Assembly (NCBI GenBank): GCA_001600695.1
Contig: BCKQ01000001.1
Location: 847,014 to 911,013 of the forward strand
Source: Ascoidea asiatica JCM 7603
Lineage: Eukaryota > Fungi > Ascomycota
Length of the DNA stretch: 64,000 nt
Reading direction: 5' to 3'
Positions 1-12,449 of the stretch are shown here, piece after piece. How positions within the stretch are numbered: the first letter of the stretch is position 1; each line of letters opens with the position of its first letter. The notes beneath the pieces are model-generated. The model was given only the letters and a program-made list of their open reading frames with translations, was not told where the DNA came from and did no database searches. The translations under genes and the position numbers were made by a program.

Positions 1-1
1 A

Positions 2-733
2 GCAGAGTTCGCTGATTCAGAGAAAGAGCGTAGGAAAGCAGAAGCAGAAAAAAGAGCTAAAAAATTTGTACGTCATGCATTCTTTCAAAATCTAAATAGT
101 AAAAAAGCAGAAGAATGGCTAGGACCTAAAGATAGAGGTGATTTTGTAATAAGGCCATCTTCTAAAGGTGAAAATCATTTGGCTATAACATGGAAAGTTG
201 ATAAAAATCTTTTTCAACATTTAAATATAGTAGAAGAACAAGATACTAATGGTACCAAATATTATAAAATAGATGATTACAAATATTCTGATTTAGATGA
301 TTTGATAGAAAATCATATAAAGAAATTAACAAGAAATCTTGATAGAATCTCCAATAATGAAAAATTTAGAAATGGCTCAAGAGAAGCTGTTGAAGATTAT
401 CTTAATACTTATTCCAAAGCCAATCCTAAGAGGGGATGTTATTTGTTTTGTTTTGATTATAAACATCCTGGTTGGATTTTATTGTTGTATAAGCTCAACT
501 ATAAGTCTAGGATTTACACAATGCATGTTAGAATAGGACCTGACGGATATTACCTTGATAATTATGCTTATACTTATGTTGATCAATTAACAAATGGATT
601 TAAACAGATAATGAGAAATAGAATAGCCGAATTTGATTCTCAAAGAAATAATAGAGATTCTTCAAGATATGATTATAATTCTAATATGCAGTCAAGACCT
701 CTTTCTTCTAAAAATAGGTGGAATAATAATTAA
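2..733 (+). CDS. SPT6: Transcription elongation factor Spt6, C-terminal tandem SH2 region (5'-partial)
   Basis: Frame open from base 2 (AEFADSEKERRK...HAFFQN...DRGDFVIRPSSKGENHLAITWKV). FVIRPSS/HLAITWK and Y.DLDDLI..H are Spt6 SH2 signatures. Confidence 0.95.
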   Translation, partial: AEFADSEKERRKAEAEKRAKKFVRHAFFQNLNSKKAEEWLGPKDRGDFVIRPSSKGENHLAITWKVDKNLFQHLNIVEEQDTNGTKYYKIDDYKYSDLDDLIENHIKKLTRNLDRISNNEKFRNGSREAVEDYLNTYSKANPKRGCYLFCFDYKHPGWILLLYKLNYKSRIYTMHVRIGPDGYYLDNYAYTYVDQLTNGFKQIMRNRIAEFDSQRNNRDSSRYDYNSNMQSRPLSSKNRWNNN

Positions 734-1140
734 GCCAGTTTTTGTTATATATATTTTTTATAAACGTTACATATGTTATACTTTAGTATTTTTTTAATTC
801 TTCTGTCCTGTTTTAATAAAAATGGCTTTGAGATGCCTTAGTACTTAATTTATGTTTTCTGATAGTAGTAACAAGTAGTTCATACATATTTTGAAAGCTC
901 AGTTTTAAAGAACCGGTATGTTCACTGTATTGTTAATAACTATTGCGGTAGGGCATTCAGTTGAGAGGGCCCAGAACTAAGCTCAAATCGATGAGTTGTT
1001 GATAGTTTTCAAATAGTTTTTCACCTCAAATAAATTTGAAATGAAAAGAAAGAATATATTTTGAAAATATAATATTCAAATTCAATTCAGTTGATAGTTT
1101 ATATTGATTATCTCAATTTGCTTCTTTTGTACTTCAAAGA

Positions 1141-2577
1141 ATGGGGTTTATGAGAAAGTTTTCACAGACTTTGTTCTGTGTGTGGATTTTGTTGTATACC
1201 TATATAAATACATATCCTAGTTTTAATGAAACGCAATGCTCTTGGAGAAAAGAAGATACAATAGAGAAAGACATTCATGATTCTAAAGCTTACTTTATCT
1301 ATAAAAGATTTGGCATTGATTCATTGCCATACTTTGGTGACTGTTATTACCAATATTTTTTGAAATCGGAAGATGAATTGGTCAATAAAGAGAAAAAAAT
1401 AAGAGATATAAGAATGCTTACTTTTGGAGATCCGCAGATAAATGGTAATTGGGATGCAACACCATATATTAAACGTCTTGATAATTATGGTAATGATCAT
1501 TATCTAGGTCACATATATAGCGTTATGAATGAAAGATTAAATCCAGATTATGTTGCTGTTATGGGTGATTTATTTTCTTCTCAATGGATATCCGACAGTG
1601 AATATTTCAATAGAACTAGGAGATATTTGACTAGATTATTTAAACAACCTGAGAATAAAACTAAAGATATCATGGATTTTATAAATACACATGAGAGGGT
1701 TGATTGGCAAGCTTTTCATGATTCTCAAAATGAAGCAAAATTTGAGGATATGCAATACGGATTCAATGATGTATATGATTGGATTGATCCTTCATTAAAA
1801 CAACCTGGTGAAAATGCATTATTTATAAATATTACAGGTAACCATGATGTTGGATATAGTGGTGATGCAACATGGCAACATATGGCAAGATATAGAAAAT
1901 TATTTGGAAAAGATAATTATTGGATTGAATATAATAGAGGAACGCCTCAAGCTTATAGAATTGTAGTTTTAGATACACTAACATTGGAAGGACCTGCTTT
2001 GTCTGAATTTTTTGTTGCTGATACTTGGAATTTTTTAAAGAAGCTTGAGGAACAAAATTTTGAAGGATCAACTATTCTTTTAACTCATATTCCTTTTTTT
2101 AAGAGAGAAGGGTTATGTTATGATGGACCTTATATAGAATATTATGATTTAGTTACATGCAAAACAGAGAAATATAAAGTTGGAAAATTGAGAGCTCAAA
2201 ATTTCATATCGCAAGAAACTACTAACAAAGTTTTAGATATTGTTTTTAAAAACCAAAAATCTGGTATTATTGCAACTGGTCATGATCATGAAGGTTGTGA
2301 AAATTATTTCAGTAAAAATAAAACAACTAATGAATGGGTTGCTGATAATAAAATATTGAATAAAGATCAGTATATCAAAGAAGTTACAGTTAGATCTATG
2401 ATGGGTGAATATCATGGTAACACCGGTTTAATTACAGGTATATTTGATGAACAAAAGCAACAGTGGAATTTTGATTTTTCATTATGTCCTTTTCAAATTC
2501 AGCATTTATGGTGGGCTACAAAAGTTGTTACAATATTAGTTGCTATTTTCTTACCAATAAGTTTAATGTATTTTTGA
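1141..2577 (+). CDS. TED1: GPI-remodelling metallophosphoesterase Ted1 (PGAP5 family)
   Basis: GDPQI, MGDLFSSQWI.D.EY..RT.R, GNHDVGY, LLTHIP and GHDHEGC motifs; N- and C-terminal hydrophobic helices. Confidence 0.9.
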   Translation: MGFMRKFSQTLFCVWILLYTYINTYPSFNETQCSWRKEDTIEKDIHDSKAYFIYKRFGIDSLPYFGDCYYQYFLKSEDELVNKEKKIRDIRMLTFGDPQINGNWDATPYIKRLDNYGNDHYLGHIYSVMNERLNPDYVAVMGDLFSSQWISDSEYFNRTRRYLTRLFKQPENKTKDIMDFINTHERVDWQAFHDSQNEAKFEDMQYGFNDVYDWIDPSLKQPGENALFINITGNHDVGYSGDATWQHMARYRKLFGKDNYWIEYNRGTPQAYRIVVLDTLTLEGPALSEFFVADTWNFLKKLEEQNFEGSTILLTHIPFFKREGLCYDGPYIEYYDLVTCKTEKYKVGKLRAQNFISQETTNKVLDIVFKNQKSGIIATGHDHEGCENYFSKNKTTNEWVADNKILNKDQYIKEVTVRSMMGEYHGNTGLITGIFDEQKQQWNFDFSLCPFQIQHLWWATKVVTILVAIFLPISLMYF

Positions 2578-2642
2578 AATCAGAATTTGGAAAATTTCAT
2601 TGAATAAAAATTTATTTTTATATAACTATATATTAAAAACTT

Positions 2643-5471
2643 TTAATTTCTATCAGTTCTAAGGGACCTTGCTTTTTTTCTTTCATTTAAGCTTAATACC
2701 CAATCTATATCAGATTCTTCATTTTCATCATCAAAACCCATTATCATAATGATTTGGGTAATTCGAGTAAACTCACTTCTCATAACATAATTTTGAAATT
2801 TAGTGAACTCATTAATAATAATTGATAATTTTTTCTCAAGTACAATTACTCCGTAAAGATTCACTTTTCGGGCTAATAACCAAACTTTTTTTTCAGTTAA
2901 TGTTGCTATTAGTTTGATAACCATAAGCAATAATTCTTGTAAAAGAACAGGAGATAAAATTTTTGCATAAGGTTTTATTAAAGAAGACCAATTTCTTAAA
3001 AAATTTGACAATGGAAGATCTTCGTCATTCATTGAAGTTGATTGATAAATCAAAAAATTACTATTATTGAAGTAATCCCCGATCATTATCTTTAATTTAT
3101 TCTTGAAGCATTGGTTAAATAAGATCGTTATATAATCTTTAATAACAGATTTTAGTTTTTGTTCAATAAATGTATCAATAAGATTAATCTGAATAATTCT
3201 TTCAAGCTTGATTAAATCAGATCCATAAGGAAAATTATTTCCAAGAATTGATTTATTCTGCGTCCCTTCTGCATTAATATCGGAGTCATTTCCATTTTTC
3301 TGTTCTATATATTTTTTAACAATTTTCAGAAGATATTCAGAAAATGAGGATAAAGAGTTTAAATATAATAGGTAGTTAAAAATTTTATTATCATCATCAG
3401 TATCTATTGCAAATGAGTTTAAAGCAGAAGCTCCTCTTGATAACATACTTCCTACCATTGAAGTGTTACCTATCGGTGTGGCTGATCTTTTTATTGAACT
3501 AATTAAACCAGAATTTAAGGTAGTACTTCTTTGAATATTAAGAGAATTTCTAGGTGTAGTTTTGTCAATTAAAGTAAGAATTGAACCATTTCTAGGCTGA
3601 TTGATTAAAAATTTTTTTGCCAAAATTTTTAAAAAAATATTAATTAAAAAATTCTTTGATAAAAATATAATTAAATTTTTCAATATTATTGGTTGTCCTG
3701 ATTCAATGGCCAACTTAAGACAATTATTTATAATCAAGATTAAATCCTCAATAACAGAGGAAGTTGGAGGAATTGTTGATGAATCTGTTTTTTCCTTTTG
3801 TTCATAACTGGAAGTTCTTTCATAATAATCTGAAATAAGAGGTAATTCTTCAAGTTTAAAAATTTTTTCTGTAGATTTTTTTAAATAAAATTCTATTAGT
3901 AAACTAACATTTGAAATATAAGTTGTTTGAATTTTATGATTAAATGAAGAATCAATTAAATGATTAGGTAAATGAAGTTCATTAGTTGAAATTCCAGTTA
4001 GTATTACAGATTGATCAGTTAAAAAATTTTCAATATCTTTCATTTCTTCCTCATTTATTTTTAATTCATCTATTGAATATTGTAAAGCTTTAGAAATTTC
4101 ATTATTATTATTTTTATAGGAAGTAAAATCTGTACCTATTGAATGACTTGGAGTTAATAAATTAATAAAATTTGATTTACTTTTTTCAATTTTTTCCTTT
4201 TCATTTTTTAAAACACTTTTTAATTGAATTAAATAATTTTTCCATTTAATTGAAGTAAAACTACAATATAAAGCCCATCTATTTAAAATGTCTATAATTT
4301 CAGTAAATAATTCACAAATTTTTATAACAGATAATTCATCATCACTATCATCATCATCATCAATGAGTGATGCATTATAATTAACACCTGAATTATTATT
4401 ATTGTTTAAATCGTTTGAAACTGGATTTATTTGAATATTTCCTGTTTCTAATAAGTTATGTAAATATTTGAAATCATAATTATTTAAGTCATTTAATATT
4501 TTATTTAAATTTTTATTATCCCATAAGGTATCTATTATTAAACAAGATTGTAAATCAATTTCAATTTGAAAATTTTTTAAAATTTTGAATATTGAAAATA
4601 AATCATAATACCTTATTATTATATTTGAATGTTGATTAATTAAATTTATTGAAATTTCTAATAATTTCATTAAAGTTGCAGAATAAATTCCAAATTTGAA
4701 ATTGATTGAAGTATTTAATAAATTGGCTTGAATTAAAGCTCTTGATTGAGTTGAGATTAAATTTGAAATAAATTTTGAATAACAATTTAAACCAAGATTT
4801 TTTTCATTAATTAATGGAAAATAAGAGAAAAATTTGGTTAATTTTTCAACATCTTTTGAAACCGCAGCATTATTAAATTCTTTTACAAATAATTCTCTTA
4901 AAAAAATTTTCCAATTATTTATTAAAACTTTAGGAATATCTGGAATCTCAGATGATGGAATCATAATATTTGAAAATTTACTATCATTTAATAAATTTTC
5001 AGGCAAATGATTTAAAATAATATTCATTGAATTAGAAGCTCTTGACCAATCTTTATTATTTAAAGCTTCATCAATAATTGAAATATTATTTCTTAATTCT
5101 TTTAAATTTGAAACAAATACTTGAGTTTTTTTAACTCTAATCCTTTTCAAATCTAAAAATTTAATCTTATATGATAAATTTAAAGATAAAAAATTTAATT
5201 CATTCAAAATTTTAATCAATTCTGAAGAAGTTGTTAGATTAGTTAATAGATTTGTTTTTGCTAAATCCAAATTAAGATCATAACTTGTATTATATATAGA
5301 ATATTTATAGTCAATAAATTGTTCAAGATATTCTGTTATTTCTTCATCTTTGGAGATTAAATCTGATCGAATTTTCACTAATTGAGATTTAGAAAGATTA
5401 TTGGATTGAATGGATTGAAGAATCTTTTCTAATTCACTTGTATCTATTATATTGTCATTAATTTTGTTCAT
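2643..5471 (-). CDS. COG4: Conserved oligomeric Golgi complex subunit 4
   Basis: F..AA..KDVEKLTKFF..FPLI....LGL.CYSKFI motif and C-terminal IDWVLSLNERKKARSLR. First ATG is at 5471; the track ORF starts at a GTG (5540). Confidence 0.88.
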   Translation of the reverse strand: MNKINDNIIDTSELEKILQSIQSNNLSKSQLVKIRSDLISKDEEITEYLEQFIDYKYSIYNTSYDLNLDLAKTNLLTNLTTSSELIKILNELNFLSLNLSYKIKFLDLKRIRVKKTQVFVSNLKELRNNISIIDEALNNKDWSRASNSMNIILNHLPENLLNDSKFSNIMIPSSEIPDIPKVLINNWKIFLRELFVKEFNNAAVSKDVEKLTKFFSYFPLINEKNLGLNCYSKFISNLISTQSRALIQANLLNTSINFKFGIYSATLMKLLEISINLINQHSNIIIRYYDLFSIFKILKNFQIEIDLQSCLIIDTLWDNKNLNKILNDLNNYDFKYLHNLLETGNIQINPVSNDLNNNNNSGVNYNASLIDDDDDSDDELSVIKICELFTEIIDILNRWALYCSFTSIKWKNYLIQLKSVLKNEKEKIEKSKSNFINLLTPSHSIGTDFTSYKNNNNEISKALQYSIDELKINEEEMKDIENFLTDQSVILTGISTNELHLPNHLIDSSFNHKIQTTYISNVSLLIEFYLKKSTEKIFKLEELPLISDYYERTSSYEQKEKTDSSTIPPTSSVIEDLILIINNCLKLAIESGQPIILKNLIIFLSKNFLINIFLKILAKKFLINQPRNGSILTLIDKTTPRNSLNIQRSTTLNSGLISSIKRSATPIGNTSMVGSMLSRGASALNSFAIDTDDDNKIFNYLLYLNSLSSFSEYLLKIVKKYIEQKNGNDSDINAEGTQNKSILGNNFPYGSDLIKLERIIQINLIDTFIEQKLKSVIKDYITILFNQCFKNKLKIMIGDYFNNSNFLIYQSTSMNDEDLPLSNFLRNWSSLIKPYAKILSPVLLQELLLMVIKLIATLTEKKVWLLARKVNLYGVIVLEKKLSIIINEFTKFQNYVMRSEFTRITQIIMIMGFDDENEESDIDWVLSLNERKKARSLRTDRN

Positions 5472-5874
5472 TTTCAATCCAAATTCACTTGAAAAGACCT
5501 CATAATCTTTTATTATATTGATTGAACTTAATGAGTTCACTTGTTTGCAATAATATATTCAATTTGATTAAATAAATGATTATTATAATTATGATTGTTA
5601 TGATTATTATTAACAAAAGGGTAATAAAAATTGATGCGTTGTTTTTCTTGGGTCTAAATTTTGAAATTTGTACGTAATGGGGATTTTTTAGTGTTGTTTT
5701 CTGTGCCAACCGAAAAAGATTGAATTTTAATAATTAAAATATAACTAAACACAATATAAAAATGAATTTTAATATATCTCAGTTAGCTAATCAATCAATC
5801 AGTGATAAGTACAGATAACCAAAGTATAATATAATAAGAAAAAAGAACAAGAAAATAGTATATAAGAAGGCAAA

Positions 5875-6693
5875 ATGTCTAGTTTCAAAAGAGATCAAAG
5901 TAAAATGAGCAGAGGCAACAGTGAGAATCCATTCAAAAGAAGAAGAGCAGGAACAGCTTGGAATAATAATGACAGTTCTATGATAAGAATCCATAAATCC
6001 CAGAGGGAGAATCCAATAATCAAAACAATTAAGTCAAATAGAATTGGATTTGAATTCACTGGAATGATCCATTCTGATTACATGATAAATTTATCAACTT
6101 ATATTTTGTTTTTATCTTTAAAATATCATAAATTACATCCAGAGTATATTTTTAAAAGAATGAAGAAGTTTGGATTAGGTAATTCAATTGAAAAAAATAA
6201 TAATTTGAAAATATTGTTATGTGTGTTGGATATAGATAATTCAAATATAGATTATTGGGAAATTTTGAAAAATTTAAGTAGATTATGTGTTTTTAATGAT
6301 TTTACTTTAATTTTAACATGGTCTTTTGAAGAAGCTGGAAATTATATTTGTGTTATAAAGAATTTATTCAATTCAAACTCTAGTTCCAATTCAAATTCAA
6401 ATTCAAATATAAATAATCGATTAATTAAAGGAGAAATTAAAAATGATTATTATTCTAGATTCTTAGCAGTCTTGACACAAATCAGAGGAGTTAATAAAAC
6501 TGATGTTTCAAATTTAATCAAATCAAATAAATATAAAAATTTTAAAGAATTAATATTGGATAATACAATAAAATTAAAGGAACTTAATGGTTGGGGTCCA
6601 ACGAAAATTAATAGATTTAATACAATAATAAATCAACCGTTTATTATAAATGATACAAATTTAGAAGATCAAAAAGAGAAGAAAGCAGAATAA
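5875..6693 (+). CDS. RAD10: NER endonuclease subunit Rad10/ERCC1
   Basis: Q..NP, LFLSLKYHKLHPEYI, LTWSFEEAGNY and C-terminal HhH motifs (IRGVNKTD, GWGPTK). Confidence 0.95.
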   Translation: MSSFKRDQSKMSRGNSENPFKRRRAGTAWNNNDSSMIRIHKSQRENPIIKTIKSNRIGFEFTGMIHSDYMINLSTYILFLSLKYHKLHPEYIFKRMKKFGLGNSIEKNNNLKILLCVLDIDNSNIDYWEILKNLSRLCVFNDFTLILTWSFEEAGNYICVIKNLFNSNSSSNSNSNSNINNRLIKGEIKNDYYSRFLAVLTQIRGVNKTDVSNLIKSNKYKNFKELILDNTIKLKELNGWGPTKINRFNTIINQPFIINDTNLEDQKEKKAE

Positions 6694-6779
6694 TAATAGT
6701 ATTTAAAAGAAAAAAGCAAAAAAAATAAGAATAATAAAAGCATATATTGTACATTAATTAGTTTAACATATAAAATGAA

Positions 6780-8951
6780 TTAAATTGGAAATTTTTTAAC
6801 ATCTAACAGAGATAAACAATCAATTAAATTATTATATAATTGTGGATTTTGAATAATTACATTTAATAAATCTTTTTCCATAGATTTAATTAAAATTTTA
6901 CCTTTTTCATTTTTTATTAATGAATTTAATAATAAAGAAGCAGATATTGAAATTTCAGATAATTTTGATTGATTTTGATTAATATTTTTAAAATCTGGAA
7001 ATATATTATTAATTAAATTAATTTTTGATTGTTGAACATTCAGTTTTTCTAAATTTTGATTTGTTATTCTAAATTTTTTTGGAGGATTATTAACTTCTTT
7101 ATTTGCAATTTTAAAATTTACAGGAAATTGTCTTGGTTCAATACCTTTAATAATAAATTTTTTAATATTATTATTTTGATTTATAACCATTGCAGAAGAA
7201 TTTGGAAAAGCATTTGCAACATTTTTAATAAAATCAACAGCTTGTAATAATTTTTTTGAATTAATTTTTTCAAAAATTGGTAAAAATTCTTTTTCATATG
7301 ATTTCCATAAAGAAATTTGAGTAACTTCACCAATTGGATTTGAAATAAAACAACATTTTAACCATTGTGTTGCTCTTAAAGGTTCATTTAATTTATTAAT
7401 TTGTAATTTTAAATCATTTGATAAATTTTGAGCAAATTCAGGTACAGATTCATTAACTCTTGGAATTAAAGTTAATGGAATTTTAAATAAATTTAATGAA
7501 TTTAATGAATTAAATAAATTATTTTTTTTATTAAAATTATTTGTAATTGAATTAAATAATAATAAATTTGGTAAAATTTTTAATAAATTTATAAATCTAT
7601 AATTTGAATTTAATAAAAAAGAAATTTTTAAATTACCACCAGAAATTATAAATTGATATAAAAAATCTAAAGTTGATAAAATTAAAATTGGATCTTTATT
7701 AATATAAAGATAATTAATAATTTGATTTAAGAAATTATTATTAATAGAATCTAAATAATTTGAATTTAATGAATTTGGTTTAATTTTTATAATTAATCTT
7801 GAAATTGATCTTAAAATAATGATAATAAAACCTCTATCATAATTAAATTTAAAATTATTTAAAAATTTAAAAAAATTTATTAAATTATTAAATAAATTTA
7901 AAACTAAAATATTTGAATTATTTAATTTTAAAAATGAAGAAATTGATTCAATAATATCTAAATTATAAGATAAAGATTCAAGAATTAAATCAAAATAATT
8001 ATTTGTAGGTAAAAAATTTTTAAGTAAGAAATTATTTGAAAGATTTAAGAAATTATTTAAATATGATAATATTGAATTATTATAAGATAAATATTGAGCA
8101 AAATTTATATCTTGAGATAAATTTCTTAAGATTAAAGCTGAATTTAAAGAATTTAATAAATTAATTTTAAATTCTTTATCTTCTTCATCTTCATTATCAT
8201 CTTCATTATCAGAATAATAATTGGATTGTAAAGTAAAAGGTATATTTTTTTTTAATAAATTATTTAAATCAAATTTATTTAAAGTTATTAAAGGATTATT
8301 AATAAATAATTTAATTAAATTATTTAAAATAAAAGTATTTTTTAAAAGATTTAAATTTTTTAATTGATTAAATTCATTATTATTTTTATTTATTAAATTC
8401 TTATTAATATTTTTATTTTTATTATTATTATTATTTTCATTATTTATTAAAGATTTTGAAGATAAATTAATTAAATAATTTAAAGCCCAATTAATTTCAG
8501 ATTGTAAATTTGAATAAAAAGTAAAATTTAATCTATTTAAATTATTTATTGAAGATTTATTTAAACCATGAATTCTATTATAATTAAATGGAATTTTATT
8601 TATTATTGAATTATTTGAATTAGATAATATTAAATAATTATTATTATTTGAAATTGATTGAAATATTTTTTTATTATTAATATTAATAGATTGAAAATTA
8701 TTAGTAGAATTATTTGATTGTTGAATGGATTGAGATTTTAATGAATTTTGAATTATTGGAGATGGAATTATTTCAATATTTGAATCATTATCATTATTTG
8801 GATTTAATATTGAATCATTTTTTAATTTCAGATTGTTATTGTAGTTATAGTGATTATTGTTATTGTTATTGTTATGAATATTATTATTATTATTGTGAAT
8901 GTTATTATTTGAATTTAAAGTCATTGATAATCTTGAAGGAGTTAAATTTGG

Positions 8952-8984
<33 letters not shown>

Positions 8985-9236
8985 GTTATGAAAAGATAAT
9001 TTTGAAATTTTATTTAAATTATTTGAAGATATTGAGATTGAATTTGAATGAGATCTTGGAGAATTTTTATTTGGTCTTCTACCTGGAGTTGTATCTGGAA
9101 GAAATGGAACATGAGGTTTTGGAGCATGACGAAGTCTTCTACCAGACAGAATATCAGCAGAAGTAGCAGAAGTAGCAGAAGTTGAAGAGGAAGAAGAAAT
9201 TGAGGGACCTGGAGGAGGTGTCTGGTTTGTTGGCAT
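6780..9236 (-). CDS. RSC9: RSC chromatin-remodelling subunit Rsc9 (RFX-type winged helix), Asn-rich
   Basis: EPLRATQWLKCCF...GEVTQISLWKSYE..F....LLQAVDFIKNV..AFP.S.AMV...KFIIKGI.PR. First ATG at 9236 (MPTNQTPPP); the track extension from 9413 is low-complexity. Confidence 0.9.
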
Positions 9237-9541
9237 TGAAGATTTGATTAAAAGAAGTGAAGAGAATGAGAATGAGAATGAGAATGAGAAATAAGAAATG
9301 AAAAGTTGAAAGTTGAAATACCCAAAGAGTGAAAAGAGTGAAAACCAGTGAATTGTGGAATAAAATAATTGAATTTGCAATAATATCGATAATAACAATA
9401 ACAATAATAACAATAAAGCATAATAATGTCAATATCAATAATAAATAACCAAAGTCAGTGATTATCACAATCTGCTGAAGTGCAGTGATGTTATTTTGAT
9501 AGCAGCCGGTCACATGGGCACAAAAGGTCAGGTGAAAGAAC

Positions 9542-9731
9542 GGAGCCAGGTACAGGGTACTTCTTTTATGAGACCATAGTTGTGGGTGTTCTAAAACGAG
9601 ACCAGAACATTGGTACTCCTAAAGCGAGACCAATTAAATGGTACTCTTCATTTGAAACCATTTTACTGGTACTCTTTGAAAGAGACCAACTATTTGGCAT
9701 TTCTTGTTTGAATCCATCTTTCTGGGTCTGG
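9542..9731. repeat. Array of 7 quasi-palindromic units (GAGACCA-N6-TGGTACTC-N7) at exact 28-bp period
   Basis: CCA cores at 9546, 9574, 9602, 9630, 9658, 9686 and 9714, each followed by 6 variable nt and then TGG (GGG in the first unit). Confidence 0.92.
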
Positions 9732-10359
9732 CTACTTTTGCATGTGTTTCTTTCCTTTTGCTGCTGATTGAAGGAAACTTTTCTTTCCGAAGATTGCGCT
9801 GCACGCCCCAGCACTGATTCCCACAAGGCCCTAATTGTTTTATCTAACGCCATTCAATTGAAAAAACACATTCAAATAGAATCAAATAATCAAATATAAT
9901 CAAATATACTCAAATATTATTATATTCAATTATAAACAATTACATTTAATATATTATAATAAAATATAGTCACTTATATTATATAAAGTTATATTAATTC
10001 ATTGTTTCATAACTGTTCATTATCTCCTGTCTTTTGTCTATTTACTTACTCTTAATCTTATTATTTGTTGGGTTAATACATTCAACTCATCTATTCTAAC
10101 CTAATCATAATCATAATCATAATCATAATCATAATCATAATCAATAATAAATAATTAATATTCTATATATTCATACATATATATATATATATATTCTTAT
10201 TACTATCTCTTTCTATCTCTTTCTATCTATCTATATATCTATCTATTTGTCTTTCTTTGTTTCCTTTTTCAAATCAATTTCAATAATATTCAATCAAATT
10301 CAATCATATTCAATCAAATTCAATCATATTCGATAATAATAATAATATAAAACTTCAAA

Positions 10360-12406
10360 ATGTCTTCTCAATTAGTTGATCCAGAAACTTTACTTTATCC
10401 AACTGCATATCCTTCAATAATTAATGAATCTTTATCACTTAAAGATTCTTTACATAAATTTCCATTAAAACAATCTGATATAAATAATGCTATAATTATA
10501 AATAATAATTTTAATCAAAAAAATTATTCTCCAATTTTTAGAAATAAAGCTTCAAAAGATAATTTATTTACAACTTTACATCCAAATTTAAAAACTGTTT
10601 ATGATATTTTTCAAAATACTGTAAATTTATATCCAAATAATGATTTTTTAGGTAAAAGATTATATAATAATTCAAAATTAAATGATTTTGATGATTTTTT
10701 TACTTTTGAAAATTTTAAATCTTCTCAATTAAAAAGAGATTATTTAGGTTCTGGAATTTTAAAATTATTTGAAAATAATAAAAAATATTTTAATAATTTA
10801 ACTTTAAAAAATAAACCAAATTTTATTTTTGCAATTTTTGCAAGTAATTGTTATGAATGGATTTTAACTGATATTATGTGTCATGCATATTCAATTCCAA
10901 ATACAACTTTATATGATACTTTAGGTCCAAATTCAACTAAATTTATTTTATCTTTAACTAATTCTCCAATAATTTTATTAAATAAAGATAAAATTAAAAA
11001 AATTTGTTCTCTTATTCAAGAAAATAAAAATTCCACAAAAGAAAATGATGATGAAAATGAAAATGAAAAAATTAATTTACTTTATATGATTTCAATTGAA
11101 GAATTAAATGAAAATAATAATGATGATAAATTATTATTTAATTTAACAAATTCTTTAAATATAAAATTATTTACTTTTAATCAAATTATTCAATTAGGTA
11201 AATTAAATCCATTTAAAAATATACCACCAAAACAAACTGATTTAGTTACAATATCTTTTACTTCTGGTACAACTGGTAAACCAAAAGGTGTTGAATTATC
11301 TCATGCAAATTTCATGGCAGCTTTAACATTTTTATATTGTCATGTTTATTTACCAAAAAATCCACATTCTTTATGTTTTTTACCTTTAGCTCATGTACTT
11401 GAAAGATATAAAGTAATTTATGAAATTTGTGCAGGTGCTGCAATTGTTTTCCCACATTTACCAGGTAATATAAAAACTTATATTGATGATATAAAATTAA
11501 TGAATAATTCAACACATTTATGTGCTGTACCAAGATTATATAATAGAATTGAAAGTGGTTTAAAATTAAATTTAAATTCAATTCATGGTTTTAAAGGATT
11601 TTTAATTAATTCAATAATTAATTTAAAACAAAATTTAATTTTTAAATTTAAAATTAATGAAAATAATTTTTTAATAAAATTAATAAATAATTTAATTTTA
11701 AATAAAATTAAATCTAAAATTGGTTTTAAAGATTTAAATTTTTTAATTTGTGGTTCTGCTCCATTACAATCATCTTCAATAAAATATCTTAGAACTGTAT
11801 TATCATGTGGATTTTTTATTGGATATGGTGCAACTGAAACTTTTGCAGGTATTGCAATAAGTGATTCATTAGATAAAAATCCAAATAATTGTGGACCAAT
11901 TGGTGTAACAAGTGATTTAAAATTAAAAGATCATATTGAATTAAATTATTCATGGGATTTAAATAAAAGTGGAGAAATTTTACTTTCTGGTCCACAAATT
12001 TCAAATAAATATTTTAAAAATTTAAAATTAACTGAAGAAAGTTTTGAAATTGATGAATTTGATAAAAATAAAAAATGGTTTAAAACTGGTGATATTGCAA
12101 AAATTGATATAAATAATGGTAATAAATTAATTATTATTGATAGAGTTAAAAATTTTTTTAAATTAAGTCAAGGTGAATATATTGCTGTTGAAAAAATTGA
12201 AAATTTTTATTCAACTTATGCAGGTAATATTATTGATCATATTTTTATTTATGGAGATTCTTATCAATCATATTTAATTTCAATTATTGGTTTAACTTCA
12301 ATTCATCAATTAATGAAATTAATTAAAGATAAAAAAGATTATTTTGATAAAACTTCATCATCATCATCATCATCATCAACTTCAGATAATGAAAATGAAA
12401 ATGATA

Positions 12407-12449
<43 letters not shown>

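Noticed and set aside
8714-9513. Antisense and shadow ORFs (poly-Y, poly-L) here and opposite other poly-Asn genes, e.g. 23816, 25925, 32826, 48187
   Set aside because: Artefacts of AAT/ATT microsatellites lacking stops in alternative frames.
9542-9731. Calling the 28-bp array a CRISPR array
   Set aside because: Eukaryotic context, variable segments of only 6-7 nt, and no cas or other effector gene nearby.
9566-9853. ORFs 9566-9853(-) and 9582-9767(+) over the array
   Set aside because: No family similarity, and the 28-bp period is incompatible with a coding repeat.
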